DNA of 64,000 nucleotides from the human T2T-CHM13v2.0 reference genome, Homo sapiens: NCBI GenBank assembly GCA_009914755.4, contig CP068257.2, positions 36,608,001 to 36,672,000 of the forward strand, read 5' to 3'. Shown piece by piece: positions 51,035 to 64,000 of this stretch (position 1 is its first letter; each line of letters starts with the position of its first letter). The notes under the pieces were generated by a model. It saw only the letters and a program-made list of their open reading frames with translations, ran no database searches and was not told where the DNA came from. The position numbers and the translations under genes were made by a program.

Positions 51035-52485
51035 TCAGAGGCTCCCTTTTTAAAAGAGCAGAGCTCAGGCTCTTACTCACATCCCTGTGCCCCACCAAAA
51101 TATTCTGATTTTATTGTCCTGTGTCAGAGCCAAGGCGTTAGTTCATTTTAAAATCCCCCTAGGTGAATCTCATAGGCAGCCATGGTTGAAAATCGCTGAT
51201 AATTGATAAACCCTATGGCCCAATCAATTGGGAGTACTTGAAACATACTTTGCCACCCCATAGTTTTGCCTGGGCAATTCCCCTTGTCTGTAATCTTCTT
51301 TCTCCTATTTTTTTTTCCTACAGAAAACACATGATAACTTCTTTGATTTTTCCAGTTAGAAGGAATCAGTCCTCCTCCTGGAAATCCTTAATACCTTTTA
51401 ATATATCATATTCATTCATGTGATCTAGGCAGACCTTGTGTTAGATATGGACAAAATGGAGAGAAATAAGACAAGGTCCTTGTCTTTAAGCAGCTTACAG
51501 TCTTGCCAGCTCACTGGTTACACATGAACTAGTGAGTATCAACTTTTATGATAGAAGTGTCCATGGGATACTGTTAAGGCATGAAGGAGCCTATTCTGCT
51601 TGGCATGATAACAATTTATGTATATGTCATCTCTTATATCAAATGGTATACTTTCGAGGGCTAAGATCATGCATCTCTCACCTTTACGTATTTCAAAGAC
51701 CACAGTAGTATAAAATGTTTGCTGAATAAATGAGCAAATGAATGATGTTTTGGTAATTAGGAGTCACTGGGGAATAATGGCAGCTCTTAGGAAATGGTAC
51801 CATAGTTCCATTCTTGGGGTAGGGCTGGGCGTGTCCCCATGGAGTTCACAGAACTATGTCATAATTTCAGTACTAAATTATGTGTGTTTTACAGTTTCTC
51901 TCAATCACCCATTCTATGGTTTATTTAAAATGGTAATAGGAATAGCATGTTAGAAACTGGGTCCTGTACTCATTAACAAAAAGAAGGGAGCAACAGACAT
52001 TGGGGTCTACTTGAGGGTGGAGGGTGAGAGGAAGGAGAAGCAGAAAAGAGAACTATTGGGCACTGGGCTTAATACCTGGGTGTTGAAATAACCTTTACAA
52101 CTAACCCCCATGACACAAGTTTATCAATGTGACAAACCTTCATACCCTTTTTTTGGTACCCCGAACCTAAAATAAAAGTTTAAAAAATTATATTTTAGAA
52201 TATATTCAAAAAGTAGGATATTATTTCTCAAAGAAAACATCTGAATTCATACTTTAAAAATATTTTTTAAAACTTGAAGTTTGATCAAGGCATTTACATC
52301 CTAGGAGACAAAAGCAATCATTTCAATATGCATTCTAGATTTATCAACTGCATACATATTTTAGGAAGATTTTAAGATATTTCAATATAATATCTAAAAA
52401 TGACCACTTAATTTTAGTAAAAAGAGACTCCCACCTTCTGGTAATTGACAATTACTATGGTCTGAGAGTGTTTAGATTAAAAAAT

Positions 52486-52508
52486 TGTGTGTGTGTGTGT
52501 GTGTGTGT
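52486..52508. repeat. (GT)n microsatellite
   Basis: 'gtgtgtgtgtgtgtgtgtgtgtg'. Confidence 0.9.
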
Positions 52509-55500
52509 AAAATTATCACAGGAAAATCAATACATCAATAGTAGCACCAAAAAAGAAAAAAAAAAGGAAAGAAACTAGGTCCTATTTTTCATGACTAAGA
52601 AGTTGACAATGGTCTTTCCAAATTAAGACTTGGCATCTTTGATTTTTGTAAACATATCCTGGAGATCGAATGTGAACATTTGATGGCTGATGGGAAGAAT
52701 TGAGGAGGATTAGGGGAGCACTTGACTTTGCCATGATTCTCAAGTTAAATCCTTGGACCTCTTAAAGATGTTGTTGATGAAGCTGCTAAAATGGTCACCA
52801 GATGAATATAAACAAGTAGGACCCGCAGTAATTTCCAGGCTAATTTTGTGCACGTGCGTTTAGGGGCGAGTCAAATTAAATGAATGAGGAGCTGATGTTC
52901 ATGTGAAAGTAATTACTCTCCTCCAGTAGAAATCCTAATCCTACAAGTAACTGCAGAAATAATTAATCATAACTAAGAAGCAAACCACTCTCAGGGAGAA
53001 AAGCTGTATCTGAACTTCCACGTGCTCTTGGAGGATACGGGTGATTCACGGCATAAGAGTCATCTACCAAGTCATCTGCAAGAGCGGGTGCAGCTTCCAA
53101 GAGGGTCTGAGTCAGAACAGATAAAAGGAAGTGCTTCTTAACTCAGAAGATTTCAACACTGGGGAAGCTCATTTCCCACAGAGATAGAAAAATGTGCACT
53201 ATAAATCACTCTCAAAAAGCAATTTAGACAACTACGCAGGTAATGATAAATGCATGGAGAGCACTCACATGTTTTGGGTTGTGTTTTTGACCTTCATTCA
53301 TTCTTTATTAATCCACGGATTAAGTCATTGACTCATTTATAGTCATGAGTCATTAAAACTTTTCTGGAGCATCTACCACATGCCAGCAACTGTGCTACTT
53401 AGGGTACAAAGGTGGACATGGCCCAACCCCTGCCCTCAAAGAATTTCTAGGGAACACTGACTTTGCAGGCATGATTCCGTCTGCATCACGCATCAGTAAA
53501 CAGCTATGTGTACTGTAGGGTATTGAGACACAATGACGTTCCCTCTGCTCAGCTCATCACCACAACCAATGTGTAGGAGCTTGCTTTTTGAGACCCAGCG
53601 GTGCTTTTCTATAACTGGAAGATTCCAAGTTTCCTTTGCTTCCATTTATGCATTCAGCAGACATTAAGGCCCTGCTAGAACCTAGGCATTGGCATGTACA
53701 AGATGAGATATGGCAGCTTGCATTCCAGTGGAAGGTGGTGGGGTGTGATGGATGAAGAGCTGGCTTTTGAGTCAGACTACAATCTTAAACATTGTCGCCA
53801 CTACTAGCTAGTTGTGTGACCCTAGGCAAATGCTTTAACTTATCTAGCCTCCATTTACTTATTTTTACCAGCATTACTCTGAAGTGTGGAGTTATACATA
53901 CATGAGCTGCCGACACAGTACTAGTTACATATTCATTCTCAACTAGTGGCAGTTGTTGGTTGGATCATTATTATAATTAAATATACACAAGCAAAACAGA
54001 TATCTCTAGTACACTGAGATAAATATTCTGGGAGACAGAAGCATAGGCAATCATGTAGAGAAAGCCCCAAACCCATGGGAACAGGTGGAGAAAGCACCTA
54101 CCTAGAAAGGGTAACACCCCAAAGGATAGACATGAGAACGCTGGCCAAGACAGGAGGTGGGCTTTCGGGCAGATGGCATGGCATCAAGTCAATCAATAGA
54201 GGACTAATCCATCTGGGCAACTGCAAGTCATTCTGCATGACCTGACCAGGTAACAACCTAAGGAGTGGCTGGCACTAAGGCAGGTGGGGCCAGTTTCTGA
54301 AGGGTCAGTTTCAGGAGCTGAGGCTTTGGTTTGTAGACAATGGGGCCACTAAGCTGGGTGGCAGAGTGCTTTAGGGACACCACTGAGGAGGGACTATGAA
54401 GGATGCTATAGAGAGAGGACAACTTGAGATGGGGACCTCAATTATGAGCCTGTGCTGTCATGCAAGAAATAAAGTATGTGGATCTAAACCAAGGCAGTGT
54501 CACCCAAGAAAGAAAATGTGTGGATCTAAACCAACGCAGTGACAGTGGGAAGGGAGAAAATGGACAGCTTCAAGGGATGTTGGGGTAGACTCGGGGTGCT
54601 GAGTATTTTTCAGTGCCTGAGGGTCTATGGGAGGAAGGGAGTTGCCCTGGGTAATGGATAATGAAGCTAGGCTGGGTCTAATTTGGGGTGTTTGTGGGCA
54701 ATCAAAGGGAGGAACCACACACAGTTGACTGTTGTTCTGGCAGTCTTGCAAGAGCAATCTGGAACACAAAAAGTCTAGGCTTCATGAACTACAAAGGTAA
54801 CATCTGAAACCATGGGAGTAGATGCAGGAGTGTGTCTTTAGTGAAAATAAAATAGTTGGAGCATGGAGCCTTGGAGAAAATGCCACTTCAAGATTGGCAG
54901 AAGAGGAAGAACCTACAGATGGAACTGAGAAGGCATCAGAAAAGTAGAGGTCAAGTTGAGAGAAGAGAGTAGCAGCAGACTGAAATGCTATGGAAATATC
55001 AAGGAAGATAAGGAATGAAATGTATTTGCCAGCTGAGTTGTAAGTAACTCTGACCAAGTGGAGTGGTGAGCTGAGAGGTTACTCCCTTGGTTGAAGAGTG
55101 ATCACCCAGCCCTCAAGGAAGTGGAAGCAAAGTATCGCTTCTGTCCTTTTTAAAGCTCTTCTCCATATCATTGACTCTGCTCCCCAAAGCTTGGCTTTTA
55201 GTGAAAGCCATTCTATTTAGACAAACTCATTGTCTCTCCTCTCAACCCCAAGACAAGCATTTTGATCTCTTTAACTCCATGGGTTTTATTACCAATGAAT
55301 GAAATAGGACATGGCACACAGAGCAGACAGAAGGCCATTGCCAAGGTCTTTCAACTGGGGTCCCACTCTCAATTTTACTTCCTGAAAGTTCAATGTCTTG
55401 GCTGAAAACAGGGCTGAAGATAGATCCAAGGAAGACCACTGGGAATTGGCCAACTAGGTTTAAACTGGGGAACAACTCCCCTCAAGTGGCAATTTTAAGG

Positions 55501-56439
55501 GTCTTCATCCTGCCTCATTGGCTTTAATCCCTCTTGAACATGTCAAAGTGGTTGTAAGACTGAGTCCTGGTGGGCCACATTGTGTTTCTGTGGACTGCGG
55601 ACTAGTTTCAGAGGAAGCACCTGTCTAACTTAACCAGGGATCACTTAGGATGAACACCAGTTACACAGTATAGAAGACATAAATATTTGAAATTTTATTT
55701 GCAGCCACTGTTGCACAGTGCAAGCTGTCTCAGAAATTAAGGCATATATATAGTTCAAATGGGACCAAAGTAGTCTTTTGGAAGTCATAACAGGGCACAC
55801 ATACATGAATTGTTGAGCAGACCTTGTAAATTAAGAGATTCATTGTATTCAGGCAATAGTGTGTGGGTGTGTGTTCGCTTTCTTTGGGAAAACAGCATTT
55901 GTAAGCCACTCACTCCCAACATCAGGGGCACATCAGGGTGAGGGTATATAGAGGTAGCTGTTATTAGTGAGAATATAAGCGACGCCTGACTTAGCACTCT
56001 GTTACTGTTAGCACTACCGAATCTTTGATGACTAGGTGTGGTCAAAATCTTGGTTTCCAGCTATGTTTCCCATAAATGAAGTTTCCAGATATAAGCCAAA
56101 TGCTTAAACAAAATTGCTGACTACAGGATCATTTTGTAATACTGTATGGGTGATTTATAAGCTGTGTTTTTTTAAAGAATGAAGTCATCTAGTGGCTTTG
56201 AACTTTCTCCCCATAGGTGAAGTTATAAGTCCAGCAAGCTCCTCAGTGGCTCCTTTCTCAACAGTCATGTGAGAGAAGCCAGCCTCAATTAAGCCCCACG
56301 GCATTCACTGATGGAATAAATTACCTTCTATTGTATATGTCTAGAGTGATGCTTGCTATAACCATCCATGGGAGAAATGAGAACACAGTCAATCAAACCA
56401 TTTTCTGGGTTCAGTACTGTGTTGTCCAGATGAGGAACA

Positions 56440-56600
56440 GTGGCTGCAAAAGGCCGTTTGCTATGCAGAGTGTGAGCTTTCACCTCCAGCCTCAGCCTCG
56501 CCTGGGAGCTGGTTAGAAATGCAAATTCTCAGACCTACTGCAGACCTTTTGAATAATAATTTGCATTTAAATGAGCCCTCAGGGAATTCATATGCAAGTT
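56440..56600. mobile_element. MER5-like hAT-Charlie fragment
   Basis: '…cctgggagctggttagaaatgcaaattctcagacctactgcagacc…' matches the MER5A core ('cacctgggaacttgttagaaatgcaaattctc…cctactgaatcag'). Confidence 0.55.
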
Positions 56601-56744
56601 TAATCAGTATTGGTGTAAAGCAATGGATTCAAAAATTATAGCCTCTCGCAGCACACACAAGGATACTTAGGGACATACATGCACAATATATACATTTTTC
56701 GTCTTGCTCTAACAAATTACATATATTTTATTTATTTTTTTCAA

Positions 56745-57603
56745 CTTTTATTATAGGTATGGGGTACATGTGCAGGTTTATTAAACAAGAATATTGCATG
56801 ATGCCGAGGTTTGGTGTATAAATCCTGTCGTGCAGGTAGTGAGCACAGTACCTGACAGGTAGTTTTTAAAACCACCCCACAGCCCTCTAGTAGTCTGCAG
56901 TGTCTATTGTTCCCATATTTATCTCCATGTGTGCTCAGTGTTTAGCTCCTTCTATTATAAGTGAGAACATATGGTATTTGGTTTTCTGTTCCTGCATTAA
57001 TTTGCTTAGGATAATGGTCTCCAGCTCCATCCATGTTGCTGCAAAGAACATGATTTAATTCTTTTTTATGGCTGCATAGTATTCTGCGGTATATTTGTAC
57101 AAAATTTTCTTTATCCATTCTACATTTATGGGCACCTGGCTTGATGCCATGTATTTGCTCTAGTGAATAGTGCAGAGGTGAACATACAAATGCATGTGTC
57201 TTTTGGTAGAATGATATAGTTTCCTTTGGGAATACACCCAGTAATGGGATTGCTGGGTCAAATGACAGCTCTGTTTTAAGTTCTTTTAGAAATCTCCAGA
57301 CTGCTTTCCACAGTGGCTGGACTAATTTACATTTCCATCAATAGTGTAGAAACTTTCCCTTTCTTTGCAGCCTTGGCCAGCAACTATTTTTTGACTTTTT
57401 AGTAATAGCCATTCTGACTGGTGTGAGATGATAACTCTTCGTGGTTTTGATATGCATTTTTCTAGTGATTAGTGATGCTGAGCATTTTTTCAAGTTTGTT
57501 GACTGTTTGTATATCTTCTTTTGAGAAGTGTCGGTTCATTTCCTTTGCCCATTTTTTTTAAATGGAGCAATATGTTTTTTGCTTGTTGATTTATTCAAGT
57601 TCA
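56745..57603 (-). mobile_element. L1 (older L1PA/L1PB) 3'-end fragment, minus orientation
   Basis: rc is collinear with the L1 3' end: 'ttattataggtatggggtacatgtgcaggttt…aagtgagaacatatggtatttggttttctgttcctgcattaatttgcttaggataatggtctccagctccatcc…ccagtaatgggattgctgggtcaaatgacagctctgttttaag…tgtgagatgataactcttcgtggttttgatatgcatttttctagtgattagtgatgctgagcattttttc…gaagtgtcggttcatttcctttgcccattttttt'. Confidence 0.9.
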
Positions 57604-60600
57604 CCATGGATTCATTTTAAAATATGTATAAGATATAAACACTTAAAAGGATAAAGTGGAAGCTACAATTGAATACTTCTATCATTTTGTCACTGTCTCT
57701 GCTTGGGTTACTGGTGTACCCCACATTGGAGACATCTGGTGTAAAGAAGCAAACAGAGCCGAAAGGAATCTTAGAACTCTTTGTCTATGATGGTCAGTGT
57801 ACTGGGGAACATGAAATACACAGAGGAAGTAATTTGTTGGATGAAATTGAATATACTTATGTTTGCCCATAGTTTTTATCGGTTTTGTCATTTTGAGAGA
57901 TGTATAACTAATTTTCTCTTCAAGATAGAACATTGTGGCATATTCTTTGTGCTACGAATCAGAATAGGAAGACGAAATCTTTATTTCTAATTGAATTGTT
58001 CAAATCAGTGAAGTATTCTTCACCCGAACAATGTGCCTAGCTGTGGACTGGATTCCTCTCTGGGATTCCTCTCTGACCTAGAACGTTGGGCATCATAACC
58101 TTAGGCAAGTGACATTCTTACTAAATCGGACGCTGAGTCCCCTTGAATGGCATCTCTGCCCACCGTGTGCCTCCCTTAAACATTAAGTTCCTACCACATG
58201 CCAGGCCTTGTGTTTGCCACTCAGGATGAACTACTGTGCCCAGTCTATGGGGAAAGCTAAACTCCAAGACTGATCATTACAGCAGCACAGTAAGTATTAT
58301 CATGAGGTGTGGACAATGAGAAGGCAGAAGAGAGGAACAAGGTGAACGCTACCTGCATGCTGGAGGAGATGACATTTGAGCGGGGCCTCGAGGGATGCGT
58401 AGGAGTTTACCAGGCATAGAGCAAAGAAGAAATATGGAATAAAGGGGTCAGCCTAAGCAAAGGTATAGGGCAGGATATCTGCTTTATCAGCAGTATCTCT
58501 GGGTGAAGTGCAAACTCTTCTAATTCAGTCAATGAAATGAAGCCTTAAGATGACTGAAAACTAGGTTCTTGGATTTGTGCAATAGATATTTGGAAATATC
58601 TCTGAGAGTAAATGATTTCATAATGTTTGGCCACAACACTGTGTGGAAAGTTTCTTTGTGTAATATAATACAGAAAGTACTTCTCATTTACAGTAAAATC
58701 TGGAATACTTGGAAATGGTCTGTGCTAGGGAAACTGAATTTTCAGATTAACTGCATAAAAATGGAAAATCTGGTTGAAAAACCTTCCTAATTTTGTTTTC
58801 CTTTAGAGAGATAACTGCTGTTAATATTTTAGAGGTGTTTTATTTTGATCTTACCTAGAGAGAGAAACAGAGAGATTACCCTGCATATTTAGCTGTATCA
58901 ATTGCCTTTTAAAAAACATATTTAGCATTTTGTCATGATTTTTAAACACTGCATAATATTTCAGCCTATGAGTGTTTTATAAATTTAAAACCATTCCTAT
59001 ATTGTTGGTGACTCAGATTGCTTCTAATGTTTTAATATCATAATAAATATAGAGAACACTCTTGTACATTATCCTATCATACATTTCCTATTAAGTCTTA
59101 GAAGTAGACTTACTGACTCAAGCAGTCTAACATAAATAGTTTAAAACTTTGAGTATACATTGTCAAATTACTGCCTCCCTCAAAAAAGTTATGCTAGATT
59201 ACTCTATCGGACACCATGCAGGAAGCTCTTCATTTCTGCAAACTCGTCAATGTAGAATGTTCACATGTCTTTTAAAATTTTCGGTAATTTGATAAGTGAG
59301 TTCCTGGTGCCTTTGTGTTTCTTGGACTGATGGTCCCTCCTCAGTCTCCTTTGCCTGTATCTCTGACTCTGCCTGGTCTTAAGGCTACTCAGGCTCAGTC
59401 TGGGTTGCTGCTTCCACACTACTGTCTAAGGGGGAAGCTCCTGCACTTTCATGGCTCAAATTCCACTCGTTGGCTTATGTGCTAAAGGCATCCCTCCTGT
59501 CCAGGTGTCTCTGTTGAAGGCCAGGCCCATCTGCACAGACCCTAGTGCTTACTTCTCTTTAGGTGTCTCCAGGCAGCCTCCAGTGCACACCTTCAAACCT
59601 GCACCCCAGAGGTGAGATCCTCCTTCTGCATCGGGATTCTGCACAAGCGTGAGCTCCATGCTGGTATAACACCCAAACATTCAATCTGGGTGTCCCATAA
59701 CATGTGCATAATGTTAAAATTACAGAGGAAGATCCAGTGTCCTCTGAATCAGTAAGATAGCCTCCGCCCACCCCAACACACCTCATTTCCATGCCAGGAA
59801 GCCTGGAGTCATCGGTGAGACCTCCTCTTCTCTCTGCCTTGTCTTCTTAACATCCACCTGTTGGAGACGCCTGTTGACTCTGTCTGGGACCTGTCACCCA
59901 GAGCTCCTGGCTAGTAGCTCTCAAGCTACAAACACCGCCCTTGTCCATGCATCAGTAATTTCAACTCAGATTACTGAAAGTGCCGATTAAACAGACTCTC
60001 AGCATCTATGTTTGACTCTTTCCAATACACTCCCTATGCTGCGTTTAACATGATCACTTTCAAAAGCAAGTTTGATCCTTTCTCTTCCTTGAATAAAACC
60101 CCAAGATACTCCTTGTGCTCCAAGGATGGGGGTGACGGTCCTCAAGGAGCCCACAAAGCCACATGCAGGGGCATGGCATGGCTCTGCCCTTGCTCCTACC
60201 TGACACTGCTTCCCTCTCGCCTACTCAATATCCTCCTCGTTTCCTGGAAGGTGCCAAGCTCCATGCTCCAACTCCAGACTAGGACATGTTATATACCCCA
60301 TGTGCTAGTCTCTCATCTATCCTTGACTTTCTCCCCAGTTCTTCCCACAAATGTCTTTAAATCACTCATCTAATGATGTATTTAATGCCTCTTTTCCCTG
60401 TTTTCTTGCAAACTACCCAAGAGCAAAAACCAAGTCACTCTTAATGCTTCATCAGCAGCATCCTGTGCCATGCTTAGCACATAGTTGGTGCTCAATAAAT
60501 TCTTGCCACACAAACCAATAAATAAATGTTAAAGTGTTGAAATGTCTTTTCGCCTTTTCAACATTTTTTGAATTGCGTTTCTACACACGTTGCCCACTTA

Positions 60601-60799
60601 GGAGAATGAAGGCTCTTGTTGATTTGTGAAAACTTTATATGAACCCTCTGCTGTTCATCCGTGGTAAATGTGATTCCTTTTGATAAGTCGTATTTTATGT
60701 TTTATTTGTCGTATGCATATGACAATAACAGTTAACACTTGTGTAATGATTAATACTAATCATTATACTAATCATATGAGCAGGCAGAGTTTTATGGTG

Positions 60800-60970
60800 C
60801 TTTATATGTTTTTATTTCACGTGACCCTATGAGGCATAGAAATGATCATCATCGCCATTCTGCATATGAGGAAACCGAGTCTCAAAGGGGTTAAGAAAGT
60901 TGTCCAAAGTCACACAGCTGGTGTTAACAGAAGCAGGGTCCTGTGCTCTTAATCTTTACGCTATACTGCC
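60800..60970 (+). mobile_element. MIR SINE fragment
   Basis: '…ctgcatatgaggaaaccgagtctcaaaggggttaagaaagttgtccaaagtcacacagctggtgttaacagaagcagggtcctgtgctcttaatc'. Confidence 0.8.
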
Positions 60971-61408
60971 TCTGAAGAATTGTTTAATTTTTTTTAAGTA
61001 CAGAAGAGATAATGTTCAACCTGACTTTTGAAGGACAGGTGGGAGTTAACCAAGAAAGGGAGAAAATGAAGAACCTTCAGGAAGGAATTCATGTGCCAGA
61101 TGTGGGCTGAGAGGGCACCCAGCTGCTCAGGAAGGGGCAAGTATATACCCAGGCTCTGTTCTGAGGTGAATAAAGCCAGAGAGGGAGCGAGAGCCAGGGC
61201 TTAAGGGTCTTTTTGGTTTTCCAAGTTGTTCAGGATTTGTCTTGTCAGCAGTGGGAGATACCGGAGGATTTATGAAAGGGAGTATTGTCTCAATTAGTAC
61301 TCTAGATGAGTAAGCTTTGTCTTTCCTGGTAAGAATTATCTTGAAACCATGGCAATATAAAGTTGCATGTGACTGAGTGGTATATTAACTGTAAAAATCC
61401 ACCTTCCT

Positions 61409-61755
<347 letters not shown>

Positions 61756-63457
61756 CTACAGTAAGGCTATGAAGACCAAGCATTATGTATGTATCTGAGC
61801 TGTTTTCTGTTATTTCCCCCTCTGTTTTTATGTCAGAAGAAACTGTACCATTACTTCTAGAGTAGAAGATGTTGGAATGTCTCCTCATTGGCCTTACTGT
61901 TCCAATCACGTGAGCACCAATGTAATGTTCATTACTAACATTAGTGCCTGCAAGAATATCCTACTGGAAAGGGAATTAGCTGTGATTTTGTTAAGTGTCC
62001 AGCCAATTTTCATAAAAGACACAGTATCTGAGATGGCTGTTAAACATGTCAAGAGATTGTGTACGAGGGGAATAAATCAAGGAAGACTCTATAGGTTGGT
62101 CTGATTCTGTGATATTACCAGAATTACTGGTAATATCTACAGCATTTAGAAACTTCATCCACAGTCAGATTTAATCCCAGGGCTATGAAGCCTGGAGAAT
62201 ATATGGGTAGAACTCAGGAGAATCCACGATCTCACATGAGGAGAAAAGAACAGCAGTTTATTTTAGATGGCCTCTAACTAAAATTTGTATTGAGTGTGTG
62301 CAGCAAACCACAGATGTACTAGCTGCAACTGTGACTTTGTCATAGTGGAAATCACAGACATTTCAATATCACATTCCAGTCATTTCAGAGACCTTGAAAT
62401 AACATTGCTGCTCACCACACCTTCAAAACATTAGCTCTGATTTAATGCTTGGAAAAGTATAATTTTGTTTTTTCAGTACTGTAATAGGTGCATTTTAATA
62501 TCATTGGTGTCTTCTGTAATCTTTGTGACTTTACTTTTATCTGTTTAAACACTTTATTCTGAGAAGGCAGGCATGTGTCTCCCTAGTCCACCAAAAAAGA
62601 CCATAACATAAAATGTTAAGAGCCCCTGAGCTAATATCTTAAAAATGAGACAAACTTCTTAGCTTTTCTGACACCTCTGGTAAGCCATGCATGAAAAGGC
62701 TGCACCCCCATCCCGCAGTGGTTAGATTTGTTTTCAGAGTTTTTAGTACTGGGAAAATCTGGATTGTTTTTTTTCTTCTAAGAAGGATGGCTTTACGTTA
62801 AACCCTGTCTTTAAGTTTCTTGGCCTTAGGAATGACTCTTGAGCATAAGTTTGCTTTTCCCTAGGGATGCCAGATTTAGCAGATTTAGCAAATACAAATG
62901 TAAGGCCACTCTGTACTATGCAAATCTATAGATACATATATGTAAATAGTACATATGTATCTCTGAATTTCAAATAAACAATGAATAATTTTAGTATAAG
63001 CATATAGCAAATATAGCATGTGACAGGCTTATACTAAATTATTTGCTGTCCATCTGAAATTCAAATTCAACTGGGCATCTTGTATTTTATCTGGCAACTC
63101 TAAAAACACCAAATTTGGGCCAATAGTCCTCCGGCTAATTAACTACAGATGGTTAGAATGTGTTTTCTTACACTGTACAGTGATGGAAATTAGTTAACTG
63201 CCAAATGTCTTAATTTTTGATTGAATGTGAAGATATTTTTAAGTTTGAAATTTTGTATTATCATTCAGTGATCACAGAGTCTGCTTTCAACTTTGGGACA
63301 AGCAAACAACTGAGAAATACTACCAGTCTTTAAAGCAAATTTTGGTATAAACTGTGTTCCACTGCGATACAGTTTCTATATCAGAGAAATGTGGTCAGAA
63401 TGTAGACTGATAGTGAGACAGAATTTCAAAACTTTTTGACATTTGTCCCATTGTTAA

Positions 63458-63794
<337 letters not shown>

Positions 63795-64000
63795 TAATTT
63801 GGTTTTAAATCAAGCACAAGTCGTAATTTCCATTGCCTGGGATGAGATTCATGCTAATAACTAATATGAATGCCAATGAAGATAAGAATTTTACCTTTGT
63901 ATGCAGGTGAATTACATCAGAGCCCATTAGTCATCAATTTGTAGAGACTGACAACTCCACATTTATTTCAAATAAAAGAAAATGTAGTAGTCAGCATGAG

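Overview
This window is human/primate nuclear DNA from a gene-poor, repeat-dense region. It is not a prokaryotic locus. The supplied ORF track uses bacterial-style start codons (GTG/TTG are translated as M), so almost every ORF listed is spurious. I found no CRISPR array, no operon and no intact host protein-coding exon. What I could support from the sequence, from start to end:
(1) 1-5389: a minus-strand class I (gammaretrovirus-like) endogenous retrovirus provirus. It has a large internal deletion that joins gag p12 to the RT thumb/connection domain. It sits nested inside an older L1. Recognisable pieces are the 3' LTR edge, an env TM remnant, integrase, RNase H, partial RT, gag with a PPPY late domain, an MLV-like matrix and the 5' LTR.
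(2) ~5390-9215: an old L1 in minus orientation (ORF2 remnants), carrying a ~120-bp inverted duplicate of an internal ORF2 segment at its 5' end.
(3) ~13517-14137: a 5'-truncated retrocopy of the 3' end of a SPATA20 (DUF255 thioredoxin-like) mRNA. It has an AATAAA signal and is flanked by ~25-bp target-site duplications.
(4) Several Alu elements, two of them young AluY with perfect TSD or a long poly-A tail; L1PA 3' fragments with TSDs; MIR, MER5A and a MITE-like DNA transposon.
(5) Simple repeats: a ~615-bp (GGAT)n array, a ~200-bp (GAAA/GGAA)n purine tract, a ~170-bp (CT/CCCT)n pyrimidine tract, and several (GT)n/(CA)n runs.
(6) Observations worth a second look: an AT-rich but CpG-undepleted ~0.8-kb block (32.6-33.4 kb) next to a consensus splice donor, and a ~110-bp near-perfect hairpin at ~35.47-35.58 kb.
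Every family call is from my own reading of the sequence. No database search was run.
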